This document shows, piece after piece, positions 24,166-35,360 of a stretch of DNA of 64,000 nucleotides. A program made the translations under genes and the position numbers. The DNA is from Candidatus Marinacidobacterales bacterium. GTDB lineage: Bacteria > Acidobacteriota > Vicinamibacteria > Marinacidobacterales > DATDRI01. Below the pieces are notes generated by a model that saw nothing but the letters and a program-made list of their open reading frames with translations, was not told where the DNA came from and made no database searches. The stretch is from NCBI GenBank assembly GCA_965219415.1, contig CBDCNP010000002.1, positions 4,800,001 to 4,864,000 on the forward strand, given 5' to 3'. Each line of letters begins with the position of its first letter. The stretch's first letter is position 1.

Positions 24166-25095
24166 GGAGTGCGCTACAAATAGCTAAGGAAATCGTGCTG
24201 GAGCAGACGGCGCCGTTGAGACTCGTCCGGACGCCGCCGCTCAGCACGATGGACCAACGATCATCTCATTGCTGGAGCGTCGATATCGGCAGTGAGACGC
24301 GTCCGGAAGGGCGGGTGAGGGCCCTACAACAAAGTAAAGTCGACGGTAATCACCGCCAGCACATCTACCGCGTACTGTGCCAAAACTCGGCCCTTTTGAA
24401 ATAGGCCATAAATCAGCAACTTAGTGTCTGTGTTTGCGACCGGGCCAAGGGCCGTAGGCTTTACAATCGTCTGTCCCGAGGGTGTTATCTTCAGATCCAT
24501 GATGACGTACCAGGCGCAATTCCTACTGCTCGTTCTAGCTGGCTGGGTCAACCGCCAGCAGCAGGATGTGATCGACTACCTGCAAGAGGAGAACCGTGTG
24601 CTCCGAGCCGGGCTTCGGGGCAAGCGTCTCAAGCTCTCTGACGACGACCGTCGCAGGCTCGTCGTCAAGGCCCAGGCTTTGGGCCGCGAGGCGCTGGCTC
24701 AGATTGCGTCCGTTGCCACACCCGCTACGCTTCTGCGTTGGTACCGCCACCTCATCGCAGCCAAGTACGATGGCAGCAAGAACCGGAGCCCAGGCCGACC
24801 TCCGACGGTGAAGGACATCGGTGAGCTCATTGTGCGCGTGGCGCAGGAGAACCCGACGTGGGGATATACGCGCCTGCGGGGTGCACTCAAGAACCTCGGA
24901 CATGAACTCGGACGCAACACCAATCAAGAGGCTCCTCGCCGAGCACGGTATCGCGCCAGCCCCGGAGCGGGGCAAGAGCATGTCGTGGAGCACTTTCCTC
25001 AAGGCTCATTGGGGCGCTATCGCTGCGACAGACCTGTTCACCGTCGAGGTGGTGAACCCGTTCGGGCTCGTCCGCTACCATGTCCTGTTTGTCAT

Positions 25096-26173
25096 CGCGA
25101 ATTCATAAAGTAAGTGCAACACAGCTCCCGGATGAGGTGACCTGGGATGTGCCACGATTCCTCAAACAACCAAGAATGGGGACTCGCTAATGACTTATTA
25201 CCAGATCACCTCGGAAGAACGATACACCATCGCGGCGCTGCGACGGGAGGGATTTTGCTCGGCCGAGATTGCGCGGCGCCTGGGGCACCACCGGAGCACA
25301 ATCTCGAGAGAGGTCAGGAGGAACAGCTCACGTAGTGATGGATGCTACCGGCCGAGCAAGGCCATCGAGAAAACGAACGGACGACGATCGCGGTCTCGCC
25401 GGAACCAGTACTTCACAAAGGCCGACTTTGCCCTGGTGGAGAAGAAGCTTAAGGCTGACTGGAGCCCAGAGCAGATCTCCGGCCACCTGCGCCTTCACGG
25501 CGAGCTCTCGATCAGCCACGAGACGATCTACACCCACGTCTGGCGGGACAAGGAGGCCGGAGGACATCTATACCGCCACCTTCGATGCTCGCCCAAACTT
25601 AGACGCAAGCGCCACAACAGCTATGACAGCCGAGGCCACCTGGCCGGGAAGCGTCATATCTCCGAGCGGCCGCCTTGTGTCGACAAGCGCAGTGCCGTTG
25701 GCCACTGGGAGATCGACACCGTGGTAGGAAAAGGCGCGCCGGACTGCGTAACCACGCTCGTGGAACGAAAGACGGGCTATGCGCTGATCGGCAAGCTGTC
25801 CGACCGCACCATGTTCAGCACTAGTCAGCGAACGAAGATGTTGCTCCGGCGGGTGCCGGAGCAGGTCAAGACGATCACCGCGGACAATGGTACGGAGTTC
25901 CACGACTACGAATCCGTCGAGGAAGCGACCGGCGTCAAGTTCTACTTCGCAACTCCCTATCACTCATGGGAGAGAGGCAGCAACGAGAACTTCAATGGCC
26001 TGCTACGACAATACCTGCCGAAGCGCACCAGCCAAGCAGCGTTCACGCAACGCGACTGCGATCGTATCGCAAACAAGCTCAACTCACGGCCCCGCAAGAG
26101 ACTCGGCTACCGCACACCGGAGGAACGTTTCCATGGGCTCTAACGAATGGTGCGCTTCAAACTTGAAGTCACA
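25096..26173 (+). mobile_element. IS30-family element
   Basis: Imperfect TIR CGCGAATTCATAAAGTAAGTGCAAC / TGTGACTTCAAGTTTGAAGCGCACC; 3-bp target duplication CAT at 25093-25095 and 26174-26176. Confidence 0.9.
25190..26143 (+). CDS. IS30-family transposase
   Basis: [35 protein letters not shown] and [19 protein letters not shown] motifs. Confidence 0.96.
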   Translation: MTYYQITSEERYTIAALRREGFCSAEIARRLGHHRSTISREVRRNSSRSDGCYRPSKAIEKTNGRRSRSRRNQYFTKADFALVEKKLKADWSPEQISGHLRLHGELSISHETIYTHVWRDKEAGGHLYRHLRCSPKLRRKRHNSYDSRGHLAGKRHISERPPCVDKRSAVGHWEIDTVVGKGAPDCVTTLVERKTGYALIGKLSDRTMFSTSQRTKMLLRRVPEQVKTITADNGTEFHDYESVEEATGVKFYFATPYHSWERGSNENFNGLLRQYLPKRTSQAAFTQRDCDRIANKLNSRPRKRLGYRTPEERFHGL

Positions 26174-26543
26174 CATCGATATCGCCACTCGCTGCGTGTG
26201 CATCGGTGGGGTGACCTCGGACCCCAACGGGGAGTGGATGAAGCAGGTGGCAAGAAACCTCACGGACATGTGGGATGGTTTCCTCCTTGGCAAACGATAC
26301 CTCATCCACGACCGGGACCCGCTATTCACCGAGGCGGTACGTGGGCTGTTGAGAGATTCAGGCGTGAAGCCCCTCCGCCTTCCCGCCAATAGTCCGAATC
26401 TGAACGCATACGCGGAAAGATTCGTTCTCTCCATACGTCGAGAGTGTCTCGACCGCTTCGTACCTCTCAATGAGCGACACCTGCGGACAGCGATAACCGA
26501 ATACGTAGTGCACTAGAATGACGTTTCATACTGCCTCATCATG

Positions 26544-27029
26544 TCATGTTGTTGTTTCAAAAAGGGTTCGTTGTTCGAGTGATTGCGATGCGGGGTTCCG
26601 ATTCTGACGGATCCTCTCGATAACCTTGCGAACACCCGGTTGATCAAGTTGTTGCCTATTAAGAACCCAAGGTCCATCAGGCAGCGGATGCATGGCTTTC
26701 AGCTCACCTCGTTCGACCCTGTGCCGGAGGGCGTTGCCAGAGACGCCAAGATAGGCGGCCGCTTGAGTTAGGTTCATCCAGCCTTCTGCCTCTTGCCGTT
26801 GGGGTGAATACTTAGCGATCCCGCGCTTATTTCGAAGGGAAACAACTCTCTCTCGGATCCAGCGGTTTCCACGACCGGTGAGTAGGCTGTTACGGTTCAG
26901 GTAAGCTGCTACGACATCATCAGTACAAACCAGCGTCAGAGTTCGTACCGCATCGACGATGTCCTTTGACGTATGGAGACTGTTTTGCCCGCGGCGACGA
27001 ATCGGTACGCGCAATTCAGTGTGCGTGCC
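26544..27029 (-). pseudogene. C-terminal fragment of a serine recombinase-family protein
   Basis: VAAYLNRNSLLTGRGNRW and WMNLTQAAAYLGVS HTH; cut at the element end at 27030. Confidence 0.6.
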
Positions 27030-28315
27030 TGTCGATCATCATTATTGGTCCGTGACTGAATTTGCAGGCCCGCCCCGCGCTCGAGCACATGCTGGAGAGC
27101 GTAGTCAGCGCGCGAGGGAAGGTGCTGAGGACGAACTTCTCGGCGACCAGCCGAGTAACGCGAGCGACCAAGCTGACTCAGGCTGCCTCTCGCCACTCGT
27201 ATCGATGGTGCAGTCCACCGACTCGCGGCAGTGCGACGACTTTCGCCGTAGGAGACGGTCGGTGCGTGACCGCTCTCAAGCTCGGTGTGTCCTTGTTCAG
27301 CCCCAAGTGGCAACGGTCCTCATGATAGTAGCTGATGTAAGCTCGCACGAGCCGGATGAGATGACATGCGCCGAGAACCACGACGTGCTCAAGGAGCTCG
27401 CGACGGCAGCTGCCGATCCACCGCTCCGCGGTTCCGTTTTGCCATGGGCTGCGAAACGAAGTGCGAACGGGTTTTGTGCCGGTTGCTTTGATGAACTCGA
27501 TGACCGCAGCGCTAAAGATGAAGTCGCGATCGAAGATGAGATATTTCGGAGCGGTGTCGTAGGGAAACGCCTCACGCAGTTGCTGAATAACCCAAGCAGA
27601 CGTCGGGTGGAACGTGGCGTTGAAGTGAACGATGTGCCGACGACCGTGCTCGATGATGAAGAAGCCGTACAGCAGCTGGAGCGACGCGGTGGGCACGGTG
27701 AACAGATCCATGGCGGCGATATCGTCTTTATGGCTGCGCAAGAAAGCCATCCATCGCTTCAGCTGGTCGGGCTCCGCGGGACGCCGCGGCAGGTATCGCG
27801 ACACCGTGCTCTCGGAGAGGATGAAACCGAGCTTGGTGAGCTCAGTATGGATTCTTGGCGCCCCCCAGCCGTCTTGCGCCATCGTGCGGACGAGGCGACG
27901 AATCTCGGCATCAATCCGAGGTCGACCGGGATGGCGGCGCTGCGAGATCTTTGCCCAGTACCGCCGGAATCGGTCGCGATACCAACGGGCCACGGTGTCC
28001 GCGTGGACGATGAGCAGGCGGCTCGCCCACACGGGCCACGAACCTCGAAGGGCAACCCAGAAAGCCCGTTCCGTGTCGTCGAGCGGTGGGCGTGGGCGCT
28101 CTTTCTTCAGCGCCGTCACTTGCTGCCGCAAAGCGACGTTCTCCAACACCAGGTCGGCGCGGCGCCGACACATCGCCCGAATGACACGGACGCCAAGTGA
28201 GACGAGGAAGACAACAACGTCGAGCATAGCGGCGGAGTTTCGCCGTCTTCGGCCCGGAATTCAAGCGGAGCGTAAGTCCTTGATTTCGTGGGCGGAGCAG
28301 TTTTGACGATGCACA
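27030..28315 (-). mobile_element. Complete rve/DDE element (TGT...ACA ends), copy 1
   Basis: Ends TGTCGATCATCATTATT / TGTGCATCGTCAAAACT; second copy at 61719-63003. Confidence 0.82.
27178..28227 (-). CDS. Integrase-core (rve) DDE transposase
   Basis: WGAPRIHTEL, AMDLFTVPT, YLIFDRD, PWQNGTAERWIGSCRRE and GGLHHRYE motifs. Confidence 0.9.
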   Translation of the reverse strand: MLDVVVFLVSLGVRVIRAMCRRRADLVLENVALRQQVTALKKERPRPPLDDTERAFWVALRGSWPVWASRLLIVHADTVARWYRDRFRRYWAKISQRRHPGRPRIDAEIRRLVRTMAQDGWGAPRIHTELTKLGFILSESTVSRYLPRRPAEPDQLKRWMAFLRSHKDDIAAMDLFTVPTASLQLLYGFFIIEHGRRHIVHFNATFHPTSAWVIQQLREAFPYDTAPKYLIFDRDFIFSAAVIEFIKATGTKPVRTSFRSPWQNGTAERWIGSCRRELLEHVVVLGACHLIRLVRAYISYYHEDRCHLGLNKDTPSLRAVTHRPSPTAKVVALPRVGGLHHRYEWREAA

Positions 28316-28388
28316 GGGGCTGTCAAGCGAGACTTGATTAATTCAAAATGGGTGTTGTAGACTGGCCACGCCAACGGAGGTAAGCGAC

Positions 28389-28586
28389 ATGGTTAAGCCG
28401 TTAGACAAGAAGCAATTCGAGCATGAGGCATCGAGGCGCAAGGATCGGGACGATGTGACACTAGACGATCTGTCCGACGCAATGAACGTGATCATGTCCG
28501 GCCCTCAGCACAAATCTCCAGAGAAGCGAGAGCCGACGAAGAAGGAGCGAAAAATGCGGTTCAGGCTAATTCGGGAGAAGGGGTAA
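28389..28586 (+). CDS. Small hypothetical protein
   Basis: 65-aa ORF preceded by a strong GGAGGT RBS. Confidence 0.5.
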   Translation: MVKPLDKKQFEHEASRRKDRDDVTLDDLSDAMNVIMSGPQHKSPEKREPTKKERKMRFRLIREKG

Positions 28587-28758
28587 GTTCACCCCGAGCG
28601 CGAAGCGCCCGTGTGCCTTTGCGCATTTTGCTACATAATTCCCATCGCATTACGGATGGACCGACAAGGACTGCGAGAAGATAGCGCGCAACGTCATGAG
28701 CGAGAACGCGAAACGAATTTACAAGATCAGTACGTAAAGACGCGACGGAGATAAGACC

Positions 28759-30246
28759 ATGAAGAAGCTACCGGGTGTGGCCATTGGCCTCACAGTATTG
28801 GTTCCCGTCCTATGGGCGGCCCAAGCCCCGACGATTTGGGGACCACAGGAACCCCCGTTCCGTCCAGATCATCCGATCGTTATTCAGGGAGGCACGCTCA
28901 TCGATGCCACCGGTGCTCCTCCTAAGCTCGATCACGCGGTGGTCGTTGAGGGCAAGAACATTACGTGGGTGGGCTCGATGAAGGACGTATCGATCCCCGA
29001 CGGGGCACAGGTCATCGACGCCAGCGGCATGACCATCATGCCGGGGCTGATCAATTCGAATCAACACAGCCAGCTCAACCCGCTCTACCACTCCCCCGCC
29101 GGGGATCTACCGCTTGAGCAGCTCAAAGCACAATGGGAGGAGAGCTGGTCGAGGATCCCGAGACGAGCTTTCGTGTACCTTATGCAGGGTGTAACCAGCA
29201 TGCGGAACACCAGCGGGCCCGCGAAGCAATTGATTCCCTACAGGAACGCCATCGACAACGGAGAGATTCCCGGCCCTCGTATTTTCCTGGGAGGGGCGCT
29301 GCTCTGGAGTCGTCAGAGCTTCGAGGAGCGCTACGGGGATTCTCCGCCCGACACCAAGGAGTGGATGAGGACCGAGTTTGCCTATGTGGTCGTCGACGAC
29401 CCCGATAAAGACACCGATCACCTCCTCGGCCCGGACTTCAACTTCTGGAAGTTCATCATGTCGAGCTCGCGGTACGACGGAAAAAACGACTTCTCGGATG
29501 AAGACATCCGTTTCATCATTGACAAGGCACGGAAGAACGGTAAGTTCGTCGATGTCCACTGCGGCGGCCATAACGACGGCCTAAGGAGAATGCTGGCCTT
29601 CGATTTCGACACGCTCGAGCATCCCTTCTACGGCAACGAACTCATCGAAGAGGAAATCATCGAGGCCTATGCAAAAAAGGGCGTAGTCGTCGATACACTC
29701 TTGGAGCAAATGATCGCGCGCGCCAACCGCTCTGCCGACCCGCACCGTTTCGACGAGACGCTTTACATCATGTCGATGACGCCCAAGGACTACCGCAGCC
29801 TCATGCGTTATCGGGACAAGATGGTCTACAACCAACGCCATCCCGACGAGAAGGAGCTGGTCATCCACGGAGAGGGCCGTTTGGGAATGACCTACAACGA
29901 GCGGCAGAAACGACGGGAGACTTCTCGAGCGAATATGCGCCGGTTCATTCGCGCCGGTGCCAAATTCTCGATGGGAACCGACACGCCGGCGTTCATGAAC
30001 CTGCCGCAAGAAGATCCCAACGCCAACGAGATGCGCTACATGGTGGAGATGGGAATGACGCCGATGCAGGTTATCCAGGCCTCGACCAGGAACGGAGCCG
30101 AGATCCTGGGCCTCAAGGACAAGCTCGGTACCATCGAGGCCGGTAAGTGGGCAGATGTCATCGTGGTGGCTGGAAATCCGCTCGACGATATAAGAGCGAT
30201 GAAGAGGGTCGCAGTCGTTATTAAAGGTGGCGTTCGCTTTAAATAG
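28759..30246 (+). CDS. Secreted amidohydrolase-family protein
   Basis: Signal-like N-terminus; IQGGTLIDATG, IDASGMTIMPGLI, MGTD and GTIEAGKWADVIVVAGNPL motifs. Confidence 0.9.
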   Translation: MKKLPGVAIGLTVLVPVLWAAQAPTIWGPQEPPFRPDHPIVIQGGTLIDATGAPPKLDHAVVVEGKNITWVGSMKDVSIPDGAQVIDASGMTIMPGLINSNQHSQLNPLYHSPAGDLPLEQLKAQWEESWSRIPRRAFVYLMQGVTSMRNTSGPAKQLIPYRNAIDNGEIPGPRIFLGGALLWSRQSFEERYGDSPPDTKEWMRTEFAYVVVDDPDKDTDHLLGPDFNFWKFIMSSSRYDGKNDFSDEDIRFIIDKARKNGKFVDVHCGGHNDGLRRMLAFDFDTLEHPFYGNELIEEEIIEAYAKKGVVVDTLLEQMIARANRSADPHRFDETLYIMSMTPKDYRSLMRYRDKMVYNQRHPDEKELVIHGEGRLGMTYNERQKRRETSRANMRRFIRAGAKFSMGTDTPAFMNLPQEDPNANEMRYMVEMGMTPMQVIQASTRNGAEILGLKDKLGTIEAGKWADVIVVAGNPLDDIRAMKRVAVVIKGGVRFK

Positions 30247-30518
30247 CGCGTCGTGTCCAAAAACACGAACGGAGCGGAAAGCTCGAATCCTAGAGGCGTT
30301 CTCGAAATTCGCGGAGACCAGCCGACGCGGCACTGGGTCTGCGATAGGAGATCCCGAGCAGAGCTCTCCCCCAGAGCATCCGTTCCGTCCAGCTTGCGCG
30401 CCCGAACTCCTATGACCGAGGATTTTAGCCCCCATTGGCGACCAAGCCTAGATACCTCTAATTCGAAACGTCCCGGCGCGCCGGTCTTGAGTTCGTTTGT
30501 ATTTTTGGACACGACGGG
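30247..30518. mobile_element. About 270-bp MITE with CGTCGTGTCCAAAAA ends
   Basis: Inverted termini; partial copies or ends at 40848-40950, 45061 and 60997. Confidence 0.7.
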
Positions 30519-30585
30519 CAAGGCCCGGCGACCAATTTCGGTCGTGAGGGATTCCCGAGGAGAAAAGTGAATGTTCAAGTGGATT

Positions 30586-30640
30586 GAACCGCCCCGGGTT
30601 TCCCGGAAACTCCAACTCTTGAGAGGATGGAGTCATGTCA
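30586..30640 (+). mobile_element. Isolated IS3-family left end
   Basis: TGAACCGCCCCGGGTTTCCCGGA...GGATGGAGTCATG pattern. Confidence 0.5.
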
Positions 30641-31048
30641 CCAACGGTGCGAGCTCTCGTTCGAAAACCCTTCTCATGGCTTACAAGCTGCTCGACATGG
30701 CGAACCATCGGTGGCTATGCCGACGGCGAGTTTTTCCATCAGAGGCAGGCATTTACGCACGACGTCCTCGCGGATAACAAGGCGCTGCCCGACCCGATAG
30801 GCTGTGTCGCTGACGCGAGTGTTCAGTAGTACTAGAATTTCAGGAACCTGCATTGCGCGTTCGAACACCTCTGTATTCTCAGCTACAATAACTGACGATG
30901 GTGGAGGTGGTTGCATTGAAAAGCGATGAGGGGGCCATGAGCGCACCTTCCCCTTGCTGAACAATGCTTCGGAACGGCCTGCGGCCGAGTATGTGCTCCT
31001 CACGAAAGATGGAAGGGTGTGTTTGCGATGAGGTCATCCCCCTGAACA

Positions 31049-31687
31049 ATGAAGGTCTCAGAAAAGTCTCTAGAACTGAACGTAGGAGCGGAGCTGCTCT
31101 TCATCCTCCGTAACGGCTGGGGCATGCCCAAAGCATATCTCCGCGGTTTAACCCAGCGAGAAGAAAGTCAAGAAGGAGTCGATTTCTTCGCCCAACTGAA
31201 CCCTACAGCACGCCTCTTTGCCTTCCAGTTCAAGGCGCCAAAGGGAAAGTCTGACACGCTCCCGTATCGGTATACCCTAATGCAGGAACAGCATGACCTT
31301 CTCTACAACCTCGCGCAGAATGCGCCAGCCAGCGTGTTTTATGTCCTTCCGTTTTACGTGACCGAACCGAAGCTACAGCGAGACGTTCCAATCCTCCTCC
31401 GAGATACGTGGTTTCTGAAAATCGACCAGATGGATACGGCGGCGGTCTTCGGGACCACACAGAAAAGGACCATGCGTTGCAGCCCAGGACTCGCATCCGT
31501 AAACCCTGAATATAGGACTGAGCGTTTCGTCGAAAATCAGTTTCCCCTTCATCGCGAAGGGCGCGGCGTCTCCGCAGAGGCGTTTGCACTGTGGTATCGC
31601 CGTTATCAGAAGCGGGGGTTGGAGAATCGTGTGAGGCGGAACCCGTGGCTGTCGCGTGGCCTGCGGGTCGCTGTTGTGAGCCCGTAA
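31049..31687 (+). CDS. Hypothetical protein, possible PD-(D/E)xK nuclease
   Basis: SEKSLE...GVDFF...AFQFKAP spacing resembles a restriction-like catalytic motif. Confidence 0.6.
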   Translation: MKVSEKSLELNVGAELLFILRNGWGMPKAYLRGLTQREESQEGVDFFAQLNPTARLFAFQFKAPKGKSDTLPYRYTLMQEQHDLLYNLAQNAPASVFYVLPFYVTEPKLQRDVPILLRDTWFLKIDQMDTAAVFGTTQKRTMRCSPGLASVNPEYRTERFVENQFPLHREGRGVSAEAFALWYRRYQKRGLENRVRRNPWLSRGLRVAVVSP

Positions 31688-32226
31688 ACCGGCGCGGACC
31701 CGAAGCAGGCAGCGGAATTCGAGGATCGCACGAAGGAACACGCCCACTGGCGGAAGCTAGATGAAGCGATAGGGGCGTTTCTCGACGGGGGGAACTTCGC
31801 GATTTCACCAGCGGGTATCGTTCGCTGTTCCGGCATGGATGGAACATCCAGCTACATTTATAAGACGCCGATGGCATCGTCGGGTCGACCGGTACGGAGA
31901 AACCGATCGTGGCAGGTCTAAACCGCGCAATCAACGCTGGATCGACTTTTTGCGGAGCACACCTGTCTCCCAAAGGATTAGGTGTCCACGAAAGCGGGTC
32001 AAGTCCACTATTTCAAAAGGGCCGAGTTTTGGCACAGGACGGGCTGCGAACGGTGAACATCTCCATGGCGGCGATATCGTCTTTATGGTTGCGCAAGAAA
32101 GCCATCCATCGCTTCAGCTGGTCGGAGCGTAAGTCCTTGATTTCGTGGGCGGGGCAGTTTTGACGATGCACAGCCAGTTTCTTCGGCGTGAGAGGATTGG
32201 GCTAGCAGGTCGCGGACCTTGATCAC

Positions 32227-32793
32227 ATGAATGAGACGAAAATCACAAAGCTTCAGGCTGCAAAGCGGCAGATCAACACCGGAATTCAGATGCTCTTCAG
32301 AAACTACGATCCTGTGGCAATCCATACGGTCGCCATGGCGGGATTTCGTATTCTCAGGGATCTTGCGAAACAGAAAGGTCTAGAGCACCCCATCGATTCC
32401 ATGATCAGGCCCGGAAAAGAGAAGGAGTTCTGGCGTAGGGGCAACAGCTTCGCCAATTTCTTCAAGCACGCCGACAACGATCCAGACGAAGTCTCGGACG
32501 GCTTTTGGGAAGAAGCCAACGATTCGGTGCTGCTCATTGCCGCGACATACTATGACCTTCTTGGCTGTCAGCAGACCGAAGAGATGCAAGCTCTTGCGAC
32601 GTGGTACATGGCACTCCATCCAGACGTTCTTTCCCAGGATGTGAATCCCGCGGTACAGGCCCTCGTTTTGGCGTCTGGTGAAATGCGATCGCTTGCGCGA
32701 GAAGAGCAACTCAAGATTGGCTTAACGGTGTTGGAGAGGTGGAGCGCGGCGAAGGACGGATCGTCGGGTGCTTGCGCTGTTTACTGTTGGTGA
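32227..32793 (+). CDS. Hypothetical alpha-helical protein whose C-terminus runs into a MITE
   Basis: TKLQAAKRQI...AIHTVA...ANFFKHAD; last codons derive from the MITE at 32767. Confidence 0.65.
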   Translation: MNETKITKLQAAKRQINTGIQMLFRNYDPVAIHTVAMAGFRILRDLAKQKGLEHPIDSMIRPGKEKEFWRRGNSFANFFKHADNDPDEVSDGFWEEANDSVLLIAATYYDLLGCQQTEEMQALATWYMALHPDVLSQDVNPAVQALVLASGEMRSLAREEQLKIGLTVLERWSAAKDGSSGACAVYCW

Positions 32794-32836
32794 TGTATAT
32801 GCATCCCTTTTCAAAAGAGGCACTTACGCTCCATTT
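32767..32836. mobile_element. Left part of IS1-related MITE, cut by the autonomous IS1-family element
   Basis: Matches the first 70 bp of the MITE consensus. Confidence 0.75.
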
Positions 32837-34036
32837 GGTGCTTCCGCAATTAAGTGTTGGCGGCCAGCCCCTAACCGGTCTGCGTGCTAGAGTTTGGACC
32901 AGAATTCCGAAGACACAGTTCTCTCATCGTCAGGGCCGAGCCAAAGTGAAGAATCGCAGATGTCTCAATCTCGCATGTCCGTTGCGGGGCAAAGTCAGTT
33001 CCGGAAACATCGTTCGCCACGGATTCTACCGAACCAGGTCCGGGAAACGCCGTCGATACCGGTGCGGCGAGTGCGGAAAGACGTTCTCCTCGACGAAAGG
33101 CACGCCCTACTACCGTCTCCAACATCGAAGAGCTACTTTCGATGGAGTCATCGCTCTCAGAGTCGAGGGTGTCAGCATTTCCGCGATTTCCCGGATCAAA
33201 GGGATTGCCTGGAACACCGTCGCCCGCTGGCTCGAGAAGGCAGCCCAAGGGTGTCGTCGATTCAATCACAGAAGGATCGCTGGCTTCGCTGCCGAAGAGC
33301 TTCAAGCCGACGAGATTCGCACGTTCGCGGGCAACAAGAAGACACCGAGTTGGGTCTTCGTTACGATCGAGGTCTGGTCTCGGCTCTGGCCATCGACGGT
33401 GACGGGAAGGCGAAGCTACCGGAACACTCACGCTCTGTTTCGCGACCTTTCGAGACGGATGAATTTCGAGCGTCTTCCCTTGATCGTCACGGATGGATTC
33501 GAATTCTACCAGAAGGTCATCCGTCGCTTCTTCGGTCCAGCGTGTCTCTACGGCCAGGTCCTAAAAACGCGCAGGAACGATCGTATCATCAAGGTCGAAC
33601 GCAGAGCGCTGCACGGAGCCGCGTGGCGATTCGAAGACGCGCTCAATAACTCCGAGGACTCTTCGACATTGAACACGTCGTTCATCGAGCGGTTGAATCT
33701 GACCATCCGGCAAAGCTCGGCATACCTTTCGAGACGAACGCTTTCCCACGCTCGCTCGACGGAGAGGCTCGATGAGCACCTGGAGTTGCTCCGTTGCTAT
33801 TACAACTTCGTCCGACCGCACGGAGCTCTGAAGTTCGGACGTGAGATCCGAACTCCGGCTATGCAGGCTGGTCTGACCACGCGACGGCTCACCTTTCGAG
33901 ACATCTTCTTGGCGACGACTATTCCTTTGTGGTCGCGGATCGAGGTTTTCGTGCTCAGTAGGGCGCGCAACCCGGTCTCTTCCGCACCTGTACCACTGCC
34001 CGCAGCCGCGTAGCAACACTTGATGGCGGAAGCACC
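32837..34036 (+). mobile_element. IS1-family element
   Basis: TIR GGTGCTTCCGCAATTAAGTGTTG / CAACACTTGATGGCGGAAGCACC; the terminal 11 bp are tandemly repeated at 34037-34047. Confidence 0.85.
32946..34013 (+). CDS. IS1-family transposase (Zn ribbon-HTH-DDE in one ORF)
   Basis: CLNLAC...RYRCGECGKTF, QADE, VTDG, TSFIERLNLTIRQ, YYNFVRPH and TPAMQAGLT motifs. Confidence 0.88.
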   Translation: MKNRRCLNLACPLRGKVSSGNIVRHGFYRTRSGKRRRYRCGECGKTFSSTKGTPYYRLQHRRATFDGVIALRVEGVSISAISRIKGIAWNTVARWLEKAAQGCRRFNHRRIAGFAAEELQADEIRTFAGNKKTPSWVFVTIEVWSRLWPSTVTGRRSYRNTHALFRDLSRRMNFERLPLIVTDGFEFYQKVIRRFFGPACLYGQVLKTRRNDRIIKVERRALHGAAWRFEDALNNSEDSSTLNTSFIERLNLTIRQSSAYLSRRTLSHARSTERLDEHLELLRCYYNFVRPHGALKFGREIRTPAMQAGLTTRRLTFRDIFLATTIPLWSRIEVFVLSRARNPVSSAPVPLPAAA

Positions 34037-34257
34037 GCGGAAGCACCGCGTGGCTTGTAATTGAACCTTTCTTGTTGTGGTCAAAGAGCCTTAAAGTGTT
34101 ACGTGAGACTTCGCGTGTAAGCTTTTAAAAACTTTGTTTTTTGGTGTTCGACGTGTATCATAAATTCGCTCTCATCTAACCCTGGGCAATGGAGGTTTGC
34201 CAACATCTGCCGATGGTTCTCTAGCCTGAGACCCCCGGCGGTGACGGACGAGCGGGC

Positions 34258-35322
34258 ATGTACGTCAACCGACTTACACAGTTGATTTTAGCCGGATTCG
34301 CACTCGAATTCGTGGTTCTATTCGGAGCCTGCACCTTGGAGGAAGGGCCGTCGCCCACTTCGAGCTCCCCCATGGACGTTGAAAGCGGCGAGGGCCAGCC
34401 AACGCTAGCCGCCGCCCCGGGTACCGTTCCACCAGAAATTGTCAGCCCAGAGCCGGGCGAAGAAGTCAGATCGCAATCCCCGTTACTGACAGTCAAGAAC
34501 GCCACGACCGACGAGGAACCGACCTACACCTTCCAGGTGGCGTCCGACCGCGGCTTCAACGACATCGTGGCCAGGGCGGGGGATATCCCCGAAGGTTCGG
34601 ACGGACAGACGTCCTGGCAGATTCAGAAGAAGCTGAGCGCGCAGAAGCATTTCTGGCGTGTCTACGCGGATTTAGGCACCATTCGGCTCACTTCCATGAT
34701 CGCCAACTTCATCGTTCCCGAGGAACCGGAACCGATCGTCGGCGGCGACGGGAACGCCATCCTCACCGATGCCCTCACCAATGGTGGCTCGATCGGGCAA
34801 GTCTCGGGCGGGACGTTCACGTCCCAAGGTTGGCAGGTCCAGGAGAAGAATAACTTCATCCGCTACGTCATCTCTCCGGTGGCCTCCGGCTACGTGCAGT
34901 TCGACACCTGGGGCATGCAACCTTCCAACCCCAGTCTCGATCAATTCATGCTGTTCGGAATGTGGGATCCTACCCGAGGGGACTATCGAGCGAATCCGTT
35001 TCGCGTGCACCTTCAAAAGCTGGACCCGAGGCACAACGGACCTTATCTCCGCCTAAGGTGGATTGCGCAAGGTGAGCAGCACGACGAGGGCAACTCTTTC
35101 CTGAACTGGGATCCCTCCACGACCTACACTTGGCATATTGCGTGGGGACCGTCAGGCTCTGGAAATCAGGCCAACGTTTTCATGAACGGCAATCGGATGA
35201 TTACCGTCAACTACCGCCGATCGTATAGTCCGAGCCAGCACTACGTCGAGCTCGGGATTCAGGAGCGCGCGGAGTCGATTCAAGGCGTCACCTACTCGAA
35301 CGTCGAGATTGGACGCCGCTAG
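34258..35322 (+). CDS. Putative lipoprotein with Ig-like and beta-sandwich domains
   Basis: Hydrophobic N-terminus ending LFGAC; YTFQVASD...HFWRV Ig/FN3-like motif. Confidence 0.7.
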   Translation: MYVNRLTQLILAGFALEFVVLFGACTLEEGPSPTSSSPMDVESGEGQPTLAAAPGTVPPEIVSPEPGEEVRSQSPLLTVKNATTDEEPTYTFQVASDRGFNDIVARAGDIPEGSDGQTSWQIQKKLSAQKHFWRVYADLGTIRLTSMIANFIVPEEPEPIVGGDGNAILTDALTNGGSIGQVSGGTFTSQGWQVQEKNNFIRYVISPVASGYVQFDTWGMQPSNPSLDQFMLFGMWDPTRGDYRANPFRVHLQKLDPRHNGPYLRLRWIAQGEQHDEGNSFLNWDPSTTYTWHIAWGPSGSGNQANVFMNGNRMITVNYRRSYSPSQHYVELGIQERAESIQGVTYSNVEIGRR

Positions 35323-35360
35323 CTCATACACGAAATCAAGGCCATTATTTCGACCTCGAC

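Larger units (their letters stand above)
24369..26516 (+). pseudogene. Long-TIR rve element, frameshifted, interrupted by IS30 and 3'-truncated
   Basis: Homologous to 35361-36420; +1 insertion near 24922; IS30 inserted after ...GTCAT. Confidence 0.88.

Noticed and set aside
26959-28200. 413-aa plus-strand ORF, and similar long antisense ORFs (61332-62492, 59025-60155, 15491-16531)
   Set aside because: Shadow frames opposite recognisable transposase or hsdR genes in GC-rich DNA
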